This document shows positions 36,974 to 48,967 of a DNA stretch of 64,000 bases, one piece after another. This DNA is from an uncultured Flavobacteriales bacterium. Lineage in GTDB: Bacteria; Bacteroidota; Bacteroidia; Flavobacteriales_G; NORP312. Numbering within the stretch: position 1 is the first letter of the stretch; each line of letters begins with the position of its first letter. The translations under genes were made by a program, and so were the position numbers. Location: the NCBI GenBank assembly GCA_905480125.1, contig CAJQPE010000044.1, forward strand, positions 1,569 through 65,568, written 5' to 3'. The notes under the pieces are model-generated. The model did not search any database. It worked only from the letters and a program-made list of their open reading frames with translations, and was not told the origin of the DNA.

Positions 36974-38386
36974 ATGAATAAAACAAAGATAATTGCCACA
37001 ATTGGTCCGACTTCCGCATCTAAGGAAATGCTGAAAAAAATCATTGTTGCAGGCGCTAATGTTTGCCGAATTAATTTTTCTCACGGCACACATGATGATC
37101 ATTTACAAGTTATAAACTCTGTAAGAGCGTTAAATACTGAACTTGGAATTCATACGGCCATACTCGCAGATTTGCAAGGTCCAAAGTTAAGAGTTGGTAT
37201 AGTAGCTGAAGGAAGTAAATTGGTAAAAGGAAAGCGGTTGGTTTTTACAACCAAAGAGTGTGAGGGCAGTTCTGAAAAAGTATTCATGACTTACAGTGCT
37301 TTTCCAAATGATGTTGCGAAAGGAGATAAGATATTGATAGACGATGGAAAGCTAGTGCTCAAAGCCTTATCATCTAACAAGACAGATGAAGTAGTTGCAG
37401 AAGTTCTACAAGGAGGACCGCTTTCTTCAAATAAGGGAGTAAATCTTCCTAATACTAGAATTTCATTGCCCTGTTTAACAAAGAAAGATTTAGTTGATTT
37501 AGACTTTGCATTGGAGCATAAAATTGCATGGATAGGGCTTTCATTTGTTCGTTCGGCAAGAGATATTATCGAAATTAAGAAAATTATTGCGGCAAGAGGA
37601 GAGCGGTCATTAGTTGTTGCTAAAATTGAAAAACCACAAGCAGTTGCAGATATTGATGCGATTATTCAAGAAACTGATGCAATAATGGTAGCTCGAGGAG
37701 ACTTGGGTGTTGAAGTTCCTATGCATGAAGTTCCGTTGATTCAAAAACGAATTGTTGAGAAAAGTAGAAAATCGGCGAAACCAGTTATTATTGCTACACA
37801 GATGATGGAGACAATGATTGAAAGTCTTACACCAACTCGTGCAGAAGTTAATGATGTTGCAAATGCGGTTACCGATGGTGCTGATGCAGTTATGTTGAGT
37901 GGTGAAACTTCGGTAGGCAAATATCCTATTGAAGTGATAAAAATGATGGGAAAGATTATAACCAATGCAGAGACATATCAAGGAATATACAATAAAGAGC
38001 AAAAAGCGGTAAGCAACACTAAACGGTTTATAACAGATTCAATATGCTATCAAGCTTGCCGATTAGCAGAAAATGTTTCAGCTAAGGGAATAATAACCAA
38101 TACCTTTTCTGGGTATACGGCCTTCAAAATATCAAGCTATAGACCCAATGCGGGGATTTATATTTTTACTAGTAACTCCAAAATTTTGAACATGCTAAGC
38201 CTTATTTGGGGGGTGCAAGGATTCCATTATGATAAGTTTGTAAGCACTGACCATACAATTGCAGACATTAAGTTTTTTCTAAAAAAAAGTGGATATCTCA
38301 AATCAGGCGATCTAGCTATCAATATTGCGAGTATGCCAATTACAGACAAAGGAGAGTCTAATATGTTAAAATTAACACAAGTTTAG
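36974..38386 (+). CDS. pyk: Pyruvate kinase
   Basis: 470 aa. KIIATIGP, RINFSHG, MVARGDLGVE, and the ATQMMESM-like ATQMMETM. Confidence 0.97.
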   Translation: MNKTKIIATIGPTSASKEMLKKIIVAGANVCRINFSHGTHDDHLQVINSVRALNTELGIHTAILADLQGPKLRVGIVAEGSKLVKGKRLVFTTKECEGSSEKVFMTYSAFPNDVAKGDKILIDDGKLVLKALSSNKTDEVVAEVLQGGPLSSNKGVNLPNTRISLPCLTKKDLVDLDFALEHKIAWIGLSFVRSARDIIEIKKIIAARGERSLVVAKIEKPQAVADIDAIIQETDAIMVARGDLGVEVPMHEVPLIQKRIVEKSRKSAKPVIIATQMMETMIESLTPTRAEVNDVANAVTDGADAVMLSGETSVGKYPIEVIKMMGKIITNAETYQGIYNKEQKAVSNTKRFITDSICYQACRLAENVSAKGIITNTFSGYTAFKISSYRPNAGIYIFTSNSKILNMLSLIWGVQGFHYDKFVSTDHTIADIKFFLKKSGYLKSGDLAINIASMPITDKGESNMLKLTQV

Positions 38387-38388
38387 AA

Positions 38389-40449
<2,061 letters not shown>

Positions 40450-40484
40450 GGAATCTAATTCTTTTGCAAAAATAGGGATTTCCC

Positions 40485-41309
40485 TTAGTTGATAACCTTT
40501 ATGGTTACTTTAATGTCATTAACGGGTCGATCTCCTGTTTGTGTGGAAACAGCAGCTATTAAATCGATAATATCTAACCCTTGAATCACTTCTCCAAACA
40601 CTGTATATCCTCCATCAAGATGCGGTGTGCCGCCAATTTCTTCATACGCCTTTAATTGCTCAGCAGTATATGCTGTTGGGGTTTTCTCGTATTCCATATT
40701 AATAATTGGCTCAATCTCTTTTATTAGCAAGTTCATCGCTTCTTGATCTTGAGCTTTTTTTATTCCGGTTAACCGAACAAGATAAGCGCTGTTTTCTGCC
40801 TTTTGAAAAAAGTCGTTCATTAATTGTTGCTTCTTAACTTGAATATTTCTTTTTTGTAACTTTTCCATATCACTAGCAGAGTATTTTCTCCCTTGCACTA
40901 TATAGAATTGTGAGCCAGAACTTCTCCTTTCAGGATTTACCTTGTCGGGCTGCCTAGCCGCTGCGAGCGAACCTTTTTTGTGAATAAACTTCGAATTGAA
41001 TTCTGCAGGTATTGTATAACCTGGCCCACCATTTCCCAATTGTGTATCAGGACCAGCACCAATAGAATTCGGATCTCCTCCTTGTATCATAAATTGGTTA
41101 ATTACACGATGAAATAATGTTCCATCATAGGCTCCTTCTTTTATAAGGTTTAAAAAGTTGTCTCGGTGTAAAGGTGTTTCGTTGTATAATTTCACTTTAA
41201 TAACACCATATGAAGTGGTTATTTCAACAATTTTTTCTGTGTCATTTATGAATGAGGAGAAAGAAACCAATATTGCCAATAAAAAGGGTATTACTACTTT
41301 GAGTTTCAT
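40485..41309 (-). CDS. Cyclophilin-type peptidyl-prolyl cis-trans isomerase, secreted, with an inserted helical segment
   Basis: FHRVINQFMIQGGDP and SGSQFYIV...GGYTVFGEV motifs. Start trimmed to the Met at 41309, where a signal peptide begins (MKLKVVIPFLLAILVSF). Confidence 0.9.
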   Translation of the reverse strand: MKLKVVIPFLLAILVSFSSFINDTEKIVEITTSYGVIKVKLYNETPLHRDNFLNLIKEGAYDGTLFHRVINQFMIQGGDPNSIGAGPDTQLGNGGPGYTIPAEFNSKFIHKKGSLAAARQPDKVNPERRSSGSQFYIVQGRKYSASDMEKLQKRNIQVKKQQLMNDFFQKAENSAYLVRLTGIKKAQDQEAMNLLIKEIEPIINMEYEKTPTAYTAEQLKAYEEIGGTPHLDGGYTVFGEVIQGLDIIDLIAAVSTQTGDRPVNDIKVTIKVIN

Positions 41310-41390
41310 CACGTTAAAAAGTATTACATTTGTTATTGAACTTAATTTAAGTTTTTGCGTAGTAGGCAATGATAAGAAAATTTGAGCATT

Positions 41391-41879
41391 ATGAAACGAA
41401 CAATTAAACAGTTAATCCTTATCCCAGTAGCCATTTTAGGGCTAATTATTGGAACTTCTTCTTGTAAGAAAAAAGAACCAGCTAAGGCTGAAATAACTGT
41501 GGAAGATATTGATGGAAATAGAGTTCCTAACGCGAATATCACGATAAGTTGTACACCGATTTCCAAAACTGAATGTAAAGAAGGGATTGAACAAGAGGGA
41601 ACATCAAATTCTGCAGGAAAAGCTGAATTTGAATGGAGTCATTCTGCAATTTATGGCTCCGATGATGTTGGTTTTGCTGTCTTGAAGTGCGAGGCTTCCG
41701 ACTTTTATGATTCAACTTATGCTGAAGTAGTGTTTGAAAGTGCTGGAGTGCCATTTGTTAATGCTGCAGGATCTGACTCAGTTATTGATGTTACCGCCAC
41801 ATTGATGAGATATGGATCAGTTTTTATCGAATTGCAGGTTGATGATGTTACGAAAGAAACAATTCAGCTTGTAAGGTAA
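41391..41879 (+). CDS. Small Cys-containing lipoprotein of unknown function
   Basis: MKRTIKQLILIPVAILGLIIGTSSC lipobox. The mature part is ~140 aa with 4 further Cys. No family recognised. Confidence 0.6.
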   Translation: MKRTIKQLILIPVAILGLIIGTSSCKKKEPAKAEITVEDIDGNRVPNANITISCTPISKTECKEGIEQEGTSNSAGKAEFEWSHSAIYGSDDVGFAVLKCEASDFYDSTYAEVVFESAGVPFVNAAGSDSVIDVTATLMRYGSVFIELQVDDVTKETIQLVR

Positions 41880-41882
41880 GAT

Positions 41883-42218
41883 TTAGGCTAAGTCGCTGAA
41901 ATAATTAAGTATCGCTTCTTTTATTAATTGTTCTTGCTCTTCATCTGAAAGGTTAGGCAGTTTCTTGTTTCTGTCCCAGTGAGGCCATCCATCTTTATCA
42001 TTTCCTATGTAAGTGTAATAACCATAATCTGCCAATAGGCTGCATATAGCAACGTGCATAATTTCTAATTTTTCATCTTTACTTAGTTTCTCAGGTACCT
42101 TACCATATTCTTGAATTCCTATTAAAAATAAAATAGCATCAAGATCGGGATCCATTCCAAACCGTTTCGAGATTTTGGCAGTTAATTCATTCCAATCATT
42201 TTGTAAGTGCACAATCAT
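41883..42218 (-). CDS. Hypothetical cytoplasmic protein
   Basis: 111-120 aa ORF (the ORF track extends to 42245). No family recognised. Divergent from cvpA. Confidence 0.5.
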   Translation of the reverse strand: MIVHLQNDWNELTAKISKRFGMDPDLDAILFLIGIQEYGKVPEKLSKDEKLEIMHVAICSLLADYGYYTYIGNDKDGWPHWDRNKKLPNLSDEEQEQLIKEAILNYFSDLA

Positions 42219-42278
42219 ATGTGCAAATATATTATAACAGAACACCTCAGTATCTAAAACGTCAATTACCTTTGATTC

Positions 42279-42815
42279 ATGAATTATATTGACATTGCTG
42301 TTGCTATTCCTCTGTTGTGGGGGGCCTATAAAGGTTTCACTAAAGGGTTAATTATTGAATTAGCTTCAATTATCGCATTAATCTTAGGTGGCTATGTGGG
42401 CATGCACTTTTCAGAAGTAACATCAGAATATCTTAATAAAGTGATAACGATAGAAGAATCTTTTATGCCTATCGTCTCTTTTGCGGTAACCTTTATAGTT
42501 ATCGTTTTGGGGGTATATATACTAGCTAAACTTTTAGAAAAAGTAATTAATCTAGTAGCTCTGAAACTAATAAACAAAATTTCAGGGTCTATATTTGGAG
42601 TTTTAAAAGCAGCATTTATTGTTAGCTTAATAGTCGTATTTGTCGAAAGTATAGACCAAAAACTGGAGTTAATACCTAAAAAGATAAAAGACAGCTCTCT
42701 ATTGTATTCGTCTATTGGTTCAATTGCGCCAGCAATTATTCCCGCGATGAAAGACTTAGATTTATTAAAGTCAGCACTGGATGCAGCGCCAGACGGTATT
42801 GGCCTTAAGCTGTAA
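42279..42815 (+). CDS. cvpA: CvpA family membrane protein
   Basis: 178 aa with 4 TM helices. N-terminal [22 protein letters not shown] is typical of CvpA. Confidence 0.8.
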   Translation: MNYIDIAVAIPLLWGAYKGFTKGLIIELASIIALILGGYVGMHFSEVTSEYLNKVITIEESFMPIVSFAVTFIVIVLGVYILAKLLEKVINLVALKLINKISGSIFGVLKAAFIVSLIVVFVESIDQKLELIPKKIKDSSLLYSSIGSIAPAIIPAMKDLDLLKSALDAAPDGIGLKL

Positions 42816-43998
42816 TTGCTTTAATTCCAGGCAATGATTTTCCCTCTAAGTATTCTAGCATTGCGCCACCTCCAGTAGAAACATGGCTTACTTGGTCTGC
42901 AAGGTTGAATAGATTAATTGCGGCAACAGAATCTCCTCCACCAATTAAAGAGAAAGCACCTTTTTTAGTAGCGGAAGCAATAGCAAGTGCAACTTGTTTT
43001 GTCCCTTCTTGAAATTGTTCCATTTCGAAAACCCCCATTGGTCCATTCCAAAGAATAGTTTTTGAGTTTTCGATACAGCTAACACATTCAGAGATTGCTT
43101 TTGGCCCAATATCTAATCCCATATATTTATCTTTGATTTCGCTCGAATCGCAAACTAGTGTGCGAGCATCGTTAGAAAATCGATCGGCAGCAACAGAATC
43201 TTGAGGCAAAAGCAAAGCAACATTTTTCTCTTTGGCTTTTTCAATGATTTCTTTTGCTGTATTTAGATAGTCATTTTCAATCAGAGAGTTTCCCACTTTA
43301 CCTCCCATAGCTTTAACAAAGGTATAAGTCATCCCTCCACCAATAATTAGGGTATCTACTTTTTTGAGGAGCTCATTAATTATAATAATTTTAGAGGAGA
43401 CTTTGGCTCCACCGACAATTGCAGTAACAGGCGCAATACTATTGTTGAGAACCTTTGAAACACTTTCAATTTCTTTAGCAATAAGGTACCCGTACATTTT
43501 GTCATAGGGAAAATATTGCGCAATTATGGCGGTTGATGCATGTGCTCTATGAGCAGTGCCAAATGCATCATTTACGTATACATCTGCTAAGTTTGCAAGT
43601 TGTTTTGCGAATTCTTCAGATCCAGCTGTTTCGTGTTTGTAAAATCGCAGGTTTTCGAGTAAGAGAACTTCACCTGCAGCAATTTCATTGGCTTTTATTT
43701 CTACCTCAGATCCGATGCAATCACTCACAAAATCTACTTTCTGTTCAAGTAAATCACTTAAGGTGGAAACCACATGATTAAGAGAAAACCTATCTTCTGG
43801 ACCATTTTCTGGTCGGCCCAAGTGAGACATCAAAAGAACTGCTCCGCCATCATTAATAATTTTTTTGATAGTTGGTATCGCTGCGCGAATTCTTGTGTCG
43901 TCTCGAACTTCATAGGTCGATTTGTTTAGCGGAACATTAAAGTCTACGCGAACAATGGCTTTCTTTCCTTTAAAATTATAATCTGCAAAATTTATCAT
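42805..43998 (-). CDS. pgk: Phosphoglycerate kinase
   Basis: [27 protein letters not shown]. Start trimmed to the Met at 43998 ([13 protein letters not shown]). Confidence 0.97.
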   Translation of the reverse strand: MINFADYNFKGKKAIVRVDFNVPLNKSTYEVRDDTRIRAAIPTIKKIINDGGAVLLMSHLGRPENGPEDRFSLNHVVSTLSDLLEQKVDFVSDCIGSEVEIKANEIAAGEVLLLENLRFYKHETAGSEEFAKQLANLADVYVNDAFGTAHRAHASTAIIAQYFPYDKMYGYLIAKEIESVSKVLNNSIAPVTAIVGGAKVSSKIIIINELLKKVDTLIIGGGMTYTFVKAMGGKVGNSLIENDYLNTAKEIIEKAKEKNVALLLPQDSVAADRFSNDARTLVCDSSEIKDKYMGLDIGPKAISECVSCIENSKTILWNGPMGVFEMEQFQEGTKQVALAIASATKKGAFSLIGGGDSVAAINLFNLADQVSHVSTGGGAMLEYLEGKSLPGIKAITA

Positions 43999-44086
43999 GT
44001 TATTTACCTTTAGAGGTGTGCAAAAGTAGTACAAAAAGAGAAAATTAATAGATGTACCTGTGTTCGAAATTCATAATTTTACGGCT

Positions 44087-45238
44087 ATGCAGTTCAGTAA
44101 AGTTGTCGGACAAAAAAAGGTAATCGAATCATTGATTCAAACGATCAAAGACAATAGGGTGAGTCACGCACAGTTGTTTATTGAGCAACAAGGAAGTGGC
44201 GCTCTACCACTCGCTATTGCTTATGCTCAGTATTTATGCTGCGAAAACAGATCCGACATAGATTCATGCGGAACTTGCCCATCTTGTTTAAAATACCAGA
44301 AGCTCGAGCATCCCGATTTACATTGTTTTTATCCAGTAAATACGAATCCGAGAAATCCAAAGGAACCAGTTAGTAAAGACTTTGTTGCAGAATGGCGTTC
44401 GTTTGTTTTAAAGACACCTTATTCTTCCTTGTTTGAATGGCTTAAGTTACTTGATATTGAGAATAAACAAGGAAATATAAGCGTAAAAGAAAGTCAAGAG
44501 ATAATTAATAGTCTCACATTAAAAAGTTTTGAAGCGCCTTATAAGGTTTGCATTATTTGGATGGTTGAGAAGTTAAATCCAACGGCAGCTAACAAATTGC
44601 TTAAGGTTTTGGAAGAACCTCCCGAAAAGACCTTGTTTATATTAATTACGCAAGACTATGAGTTTCTGTTACCTACTATTGCATCAAGAACACAGGTGGT
44701 TCAGTTAGATAAGTTAAGCAATTCTGATATTGCTGAAGTATTAGGAAAAGATCATAATATTGATTCTATTGTGGCGATGAATTATGCTAAACTCTGCGCA
44801 GGAGATTACGCGCAAGCTCAGAAAATGGTTCATTTGGGTCATAATGAAAAAGAATTGATGGATAATTTCCGTGAATGGATGTTGCTTTGTTTTAATCGGA
44901 ACGTTGCGGGTCTTAATAATTGGGTGGATGAAAAGGCGACAATAGGTCGAGTTCATCAGTTAAATTTTTTAAAGTATGCCTTATCAATTTTTAGAAAAGC
45001 TCTTTTGCAAAATTTAACTGATGGACTCGATATTGTTCCAGTTTGGGAACATGAAAAAGTATTTCTTGTAAAGTTTTCGAATTTTATTCATGAAGAAAAT
45101 ACATTGCAATTAATAGAGGAATTTGATTTAGCAATCGGGCATATTGAGAGAAATGTAAATGCAAAAATTGTGATTATGGATCTATCGCTTAAGGTATTAC
45201 AGCTGCTCATTAAGAAAGTTCCTCAAGTAGCCAAATAG
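44087..45238 (+). CDS. holB: DNA polymerase III subunit delta'
   Basis: AAA+-like clamp-loader fold, zinc module CGTCPSCLKYQKLEHPD, KLLKVLEEPP and the SRT-like ASRTQ motif. Start placed at MQFSKVVGQ. Confidence 0.85.
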   Translation: MQFSKVVGQKKVIESLIQTIKDNRVSHAQLFIEQQGSGALPLAIAYAQYLCCENRSDIDSCGTCPSCLKYQKLEHPDLHCFYPVNTNPRNPKEPVSKDFVAEWRSFVLKTPYSSLFEWLKLLDIENKQGNISVKESQEIINSLTLKSFEAPYKVCIIWMVEKLNPTAANKLLKVLEEPPEKTLFILITQDYEFLLPTIASRTQVVQLDKLSNSDIAEVLGKDHNIDSIVAMNYAKLCAGDYAQAQKMVHLGHNEKELMDNFREWMLLCFNRNVAGLNNWVDEKATIGRVHQLNFLKYALSIFRKALLQNLTDGLDIVPVWEHEKVFLVKFSNFIHEENTLQLIEEFDLAIGHIERNVNAKIVIMDLSLKVLQLLIKKVPQVAK

Positions 45239-45274
45239 AGTATTACATTTGTTATATGTTATCTAAGCGAAATT

Positions 45275-46468
45275 ATGGGTTGTAGCGGTTGTTCATCAGG
45301 TGGTTGCGGCACACTACCAAACGGATGTAATAATAATGGATCTTGCGCAACTGGAAGTTGTAACAAATTGAATACATTCAATTGGCTATCGGGTATGGAG
45401 CTGCCAAACGGAACGGCACGCTGCGATAAAGTAGAGGTGAGGTTTAAGAATGCTAGAAAGGAGTTTTATCAATTTGGAAATACTTCGGAATTGCACCAAG
45501 GGGATTTGGTAACAGTAGAAGCTTCATCTGGCTATGATGTGGGGATTGTATCTCTTTCCGGAGAGCTGGTGCGCCTTCAAATGGAAAAGAAGAATCTAAG
45601 TTTCGATTCAAAAGAAATAAAGAAGATAAACCGGAAAGCAGAACAATTCGAGGTGGACAAGTGGCAAGAATTGCAAAGTCTCGAAAAAGAGACTATGTTC
45701 GCAGCTCGAAAAATTGCCTCTGAGTTAAAACTTGACATGAAGATTAGTGATGTAGAATACCAGGGAGATGGATCTAAAGCTACATTTTATTATACAGCAG
45801 AGGGCCGTGTAGATTTCAGAGAATTAATAAAAAAATTAGCGGATAAGTTTAAAGTGAGAATTGATATGCGCCAAATAGGTGCTCGTCAAGAAGCAGGAAG
45901 ATTAGGAGGAATTGGTTCTTGCGGCAGAGAATTATGTTGTTCAACTTGGTTAACCGATTTTCGTTCTGTATCAACAAGTGCAGCAAGGTACCAACAACTT
46001 TCGCTAAATCCACTGAAACTGGCGGGCCAATGTGGCAAGTTAAAGTGCTGTCTAAACTATGAGTTAGATACATATATGGATGCTTTGAAAGAATTTCCAA
46101 AAGGGGATGTTAAACTCGACACAAAAAAGGGCCGAGCATATCTGCAAAAAACGGACATTTTTATGCGAACAATGTGGTTTGTTTATAAAGATGATTTTAA
46201 TGAATTTATTCCGTTATCTGTGGATAGAGTTAAAGAAATTATTGCTTTAAATAAGCAAGATAGGAGACCAGAAGATTTAAAAACATTTATTAAAACACTC
46301 CCAGAAGAGACATTGCCTGATTATGAAAATGTTGTAGGGCAAGATAGTCTTACGCGATTCGACAAGCCAAAAAAGAAGCGAGGCAATAAACAGAATCGAA
46401 ATAAGAATAAAAAGAGAAAAAACAAACAAGGGCAAAGTAAAGAGCACCAAAATAAAGGGAAAAAGTGA
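45275..46468 (+). CDS. PSP1/RicT (YaaT)-family protein with a Cys-rich N-terminus and a polybasic tail
   Basis: 397 aa. PSP1 core with CGRELCC and CGKLKCCLNYE. Conserved holB-PSP1 adjacency. Confidence 0.85.
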   Translation: MGCSGCSSGGCGTLPNGCNNNGSCATGSCNKLNTFNWLSGMELPNGTARCDKVEVRFKNARKEFYQFGNTSELHQGDLVTVEASSGYDVGIVSLSGELVRLQMEKKNLSFDSKEIKKINRKAEQFEVDKWQELQSLEKETMFAARKIASELKLDMKISDVEYQGDGSKATFYYTAEGRVDFRELIKKLADKFKVRIDMRQIGARQEAGRLGGIGSCGRELCCSTWLTDFRSVSTSAARYQQLSLNPLKLAGQCGKLKCCLNYELDTYMDALKEFPKGDVKLDTKKGRAYLQKTDIFMRTMWFVYKDDFNEFIPLSVDRVKEIIALNKQDRRPEDLKTFIKTLPEETLPDYENVVGQDSLTRFDKPKKKRGNKQNRNKNKKRKNKQGQSKEHQNKGKK

Positions 46469-46938
46469 TAAGTAGGCATGTTAAATATGCGCTTATAGTT
46501 GGCTTTACGACAATGCTAATAGGTTGTCAGTCGAACAAATATTATGAGGAGTTCAAGAAATTAGAAAACGCATCATGGAAAACTAAAAAGCAGCTAACTT
46601 TTCAAGTTAATGCCATTGATACGAAGACTAATTATAATCTATTTGTTGTCGTTCGAAATACGAAGAGTTACAAGTACCAAAACTTATATCTTTTTGTTGA
46701 TATAATGGCTCCTTCAGGAAAATTAGTAAGAGATACGATTGAATGTTTGTTGGCCGATGTTAACGGGAAATGGTTTGGAAATGGTGCCGGTGCTATTATT
46801 GATAATAAGATATGGTTTAGAACAGACTTCCAATTTAAAGAGCTGGGTAAATATCACTTTTTATTCGAGCAAGCTATGCGAGAAGAAACACTAAAGGAAA
46901 TAATTGATTTTGGAATTCGTATCGAAGAAAAACAATAA
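46465..46938 (+). CDS. gldH: Gliding motility lipoprotein GldH
   Basis: 157 aa with lipobox LIGC. YNLFVVVRNTKSYKYQNLYLFV and the C-terminal IDFGIRIEE match my recollection of GldH. The conserved position after holB-PSP1 also fits. Confidence 0.65.
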   Translation: MISRHVKYALIVGFTTMLIGCQSNKYYEEFKKLENASWKTKKQLTFQVNAIDTKTNYNLFVVVRNTKSYKYQNLYLFVDIMAPSGKLVRDTIECLLADVNGKWFGNGAGAIIDNKIWFRTDFQFKELGKYHFLFEQAMREETLKEIIDFGIRIEEKQ

Positions 46939-46975
46939 GGCCTAAAATTTCACTAAGAAGGCATTCAAAAGGACG

Positions 46976-48754
46976 CTATTGACCTTTTTCTGTAACTGTA
47001 ACTCCCTTACTTAAAGATTTGAAATATACAATAGAAAAATCCCTGTAATTCATAGGGTTTGTATAAAAATTACGAATATTAGCCTGTATCAATTTATAGT
47101 TTTCTTTGTACCATAGTACCATTATAGGGGCATCATCCATCATAATGGCTTCTGCTTCTGCAAGAAGTGAATAACTTTCCTCTTTAGATGGGGAGCTTAG
47201 CGCTTGCGAATATAAATTGTCGTACTCCGAGTTTTTATATCGAGTAATATTAGGGAAAGAAGGTTCGTTTATGTCTTCCGGAACATGTTTGCCATAGAAT
47301 AAGAATAAAAAGTTTTGAGGGTTCGGATAGTCTGCTAACCAAGCTGTTCTAAATATATCTGCTTTTCCGTATTGTTCATCCTTTAATTTTTGAGCAAAAG
47401 GGACAACCTCAAGGTCAATATTTACATTTAAATTATCCATTAATTGTTTTTGAATCTCGAAGGCAACATTTGTGTTTTTGTAACCTCCGCTATTCAATTC
47501 AAGTTTTATTGTAGGGAAATTTTTTCCATTTGGATAACCTGCTTGTGCCATTAGCTGTTTGGCTTTCCGAACGTCATAAGTATAACCATGAATAGAGCTA
47601 ATATCATATCCATTAAAAGTAGGAGGGCAAATTCCATTTTCCCCTGGGCCATATGCCTCACCTTTAAGAACTTTGTCTATAATCTTGTTTCTGTCAATAG
47701 CATAATTTAACGCTTGACGAACGCGTTTGTCACTAAGTGCAACATGCTGAGTGTTAAATTGGTAATACTCGGTTCCCATTGTTGGCCCACGATCTAACAA
47801 AAATTTTGGCGGTTTGTTTTGGAAGTTTGCGATTTGTTGTTCAACTATTATTCTAATAGACTCTGCAGGAAGACCATCAACAATGTGAAGATTTTCTTTT
47901 TTAAATTCCTCTAATTCTGCTTTCTGTGAATCAATTATAATAATTTGCAGCGTATCTATAAAAGGCAATTGATTACCCAATAAATCTGACTCATGATAGT
48001 TAGGGTTTCTTACTAATACAATCTTGCTATCGTCATTTATTTTCTGCCCTTCAGGCAACATGAAAGGGCCAGAACCAACAGTCATGTTAACACCATATTT
48101 TTCATATGCCTCTTTAGGTATTATAGACAACGAAGCACTAGTCAGAATTGACATAAATGGTGAAAATGGTTTAACCAACGTAAGTTGAACAGTATAGTCA
48201 TCAATTACTTTTACGCCAGTTAATCGTTCCCCTTTATTAGTTTCGCTAGCACTAGCCTCGTAGAACTCATTGGCTCCTTGTAATCTATCTTTCAAGGTAG
48301 AAGTAAACATAATGTTTTGCTCATGTTGAGTACAAGCCAATTCAAAAGAATATAAAACATCCTGCGCCAAAAGTTCACGTCCTTCTCCACCAAAAACCTC
48401 GTCATTATGGAATCTAATACCTTTTTTTAATCTAAAGGTATACAACAGTCCATCGGCACTAACATCCCAATCTTCAGCAACGGCTGATTTAATTTCAAGT
48501 GTTTTTGCGTCAAATTTAACCAGTGATTCAAAAACATGTGAGGCAACCGTTTCAGTATAAACATCAACTATCCCAGGAGGAAATAAATTGGTCAAGTTTT
48601 CACTTTGACTAATATTAAGTGTTCCGCCAAAAACCTTCCCCCCTTTTGCAGGAGCAAAGCGTCTATTATCGCTTGAAACATCACCTTTCGAGTCATCAGT
48701 ACAAGATGAAAAAGTAAGTGAAACACTAATAAATATCGCAAATAATTTTCTCAT
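46976..48754 (-). CDS. ABC transporter substrate-binding protein, family 5 (peptide/nickel type), lipoprotein
   Basis: 592 aa with lipobox FSSC and family-5 SBP-like sequence throughout. No permease or ATPase genes are adjacent. Confidence 0.8.
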   Translation of the reverse strand: MRKLFAIFISVSLTFSSCTDDSKGDVSSDNRRFAPAKGGKVFGGTLNISQSENLTNLFPPGIVDVYTETVASHVFESLVKFDAKTLEIKSAVAEDWDVSADGLLYTFRLKKGIRFHNDEVFGGEGRELLAQDVLYSFELACTQHEQNIMFTSTLKDRLQGANEFYEASASETNKGERLTGVKVIDDYTVQLTLVKPFSPFMSILTSASLSIIPKEAYEKYGVNMTVGSGPFMLPEGQKINDDSKIVLVRNPNYHESDLLGNQLPFIDTLQIIIIDSQKAELEEFKKENLHIVDGLPAESIRIIVEQQIANFQNKPPKFLLDRGPTMGTEYYQFNTQHVALSDKRVRQALNYAIDRNKIIDKVLKGEAYGPGENGICPPTFNGYDISSIHGYTYDVRKAKQLMAQAGYPNGKNFPTIKLELNSGGYKNTNVAFEIQKQLMDNLNVNIDLEVVPFAQKLKDEQYGKADIFRTAWLADYPNPQNFLFLFYGKHVPEDINEPSFPNITRYKNSEYDNLYSQALSSPSKEESYSLLAEAEAIMMDDAPIMVLWYKENYKLIQANIRNFYTNPMNYRDFSIVYFKSLSKGVTVTEKGQ

Positions 48755-48967
48755 TTTAAAAATAACATTAGGTCTTGAAAACTGTTGTGAGCAAGATTAC
48801 TATTTATTGAATAAAAATACAAAATATTAGTAGATAATTTAATAAATATCAATGGCTTGAGGTCGATAAGGATACAGCCGAGAAAAATATGCAGATTTAT
48901 TTTGAAAAGCTAAATATTGGTTATAATATTGTGCTCAGTAAAAGCAGGCATCTGCAAACTAAGAAAC

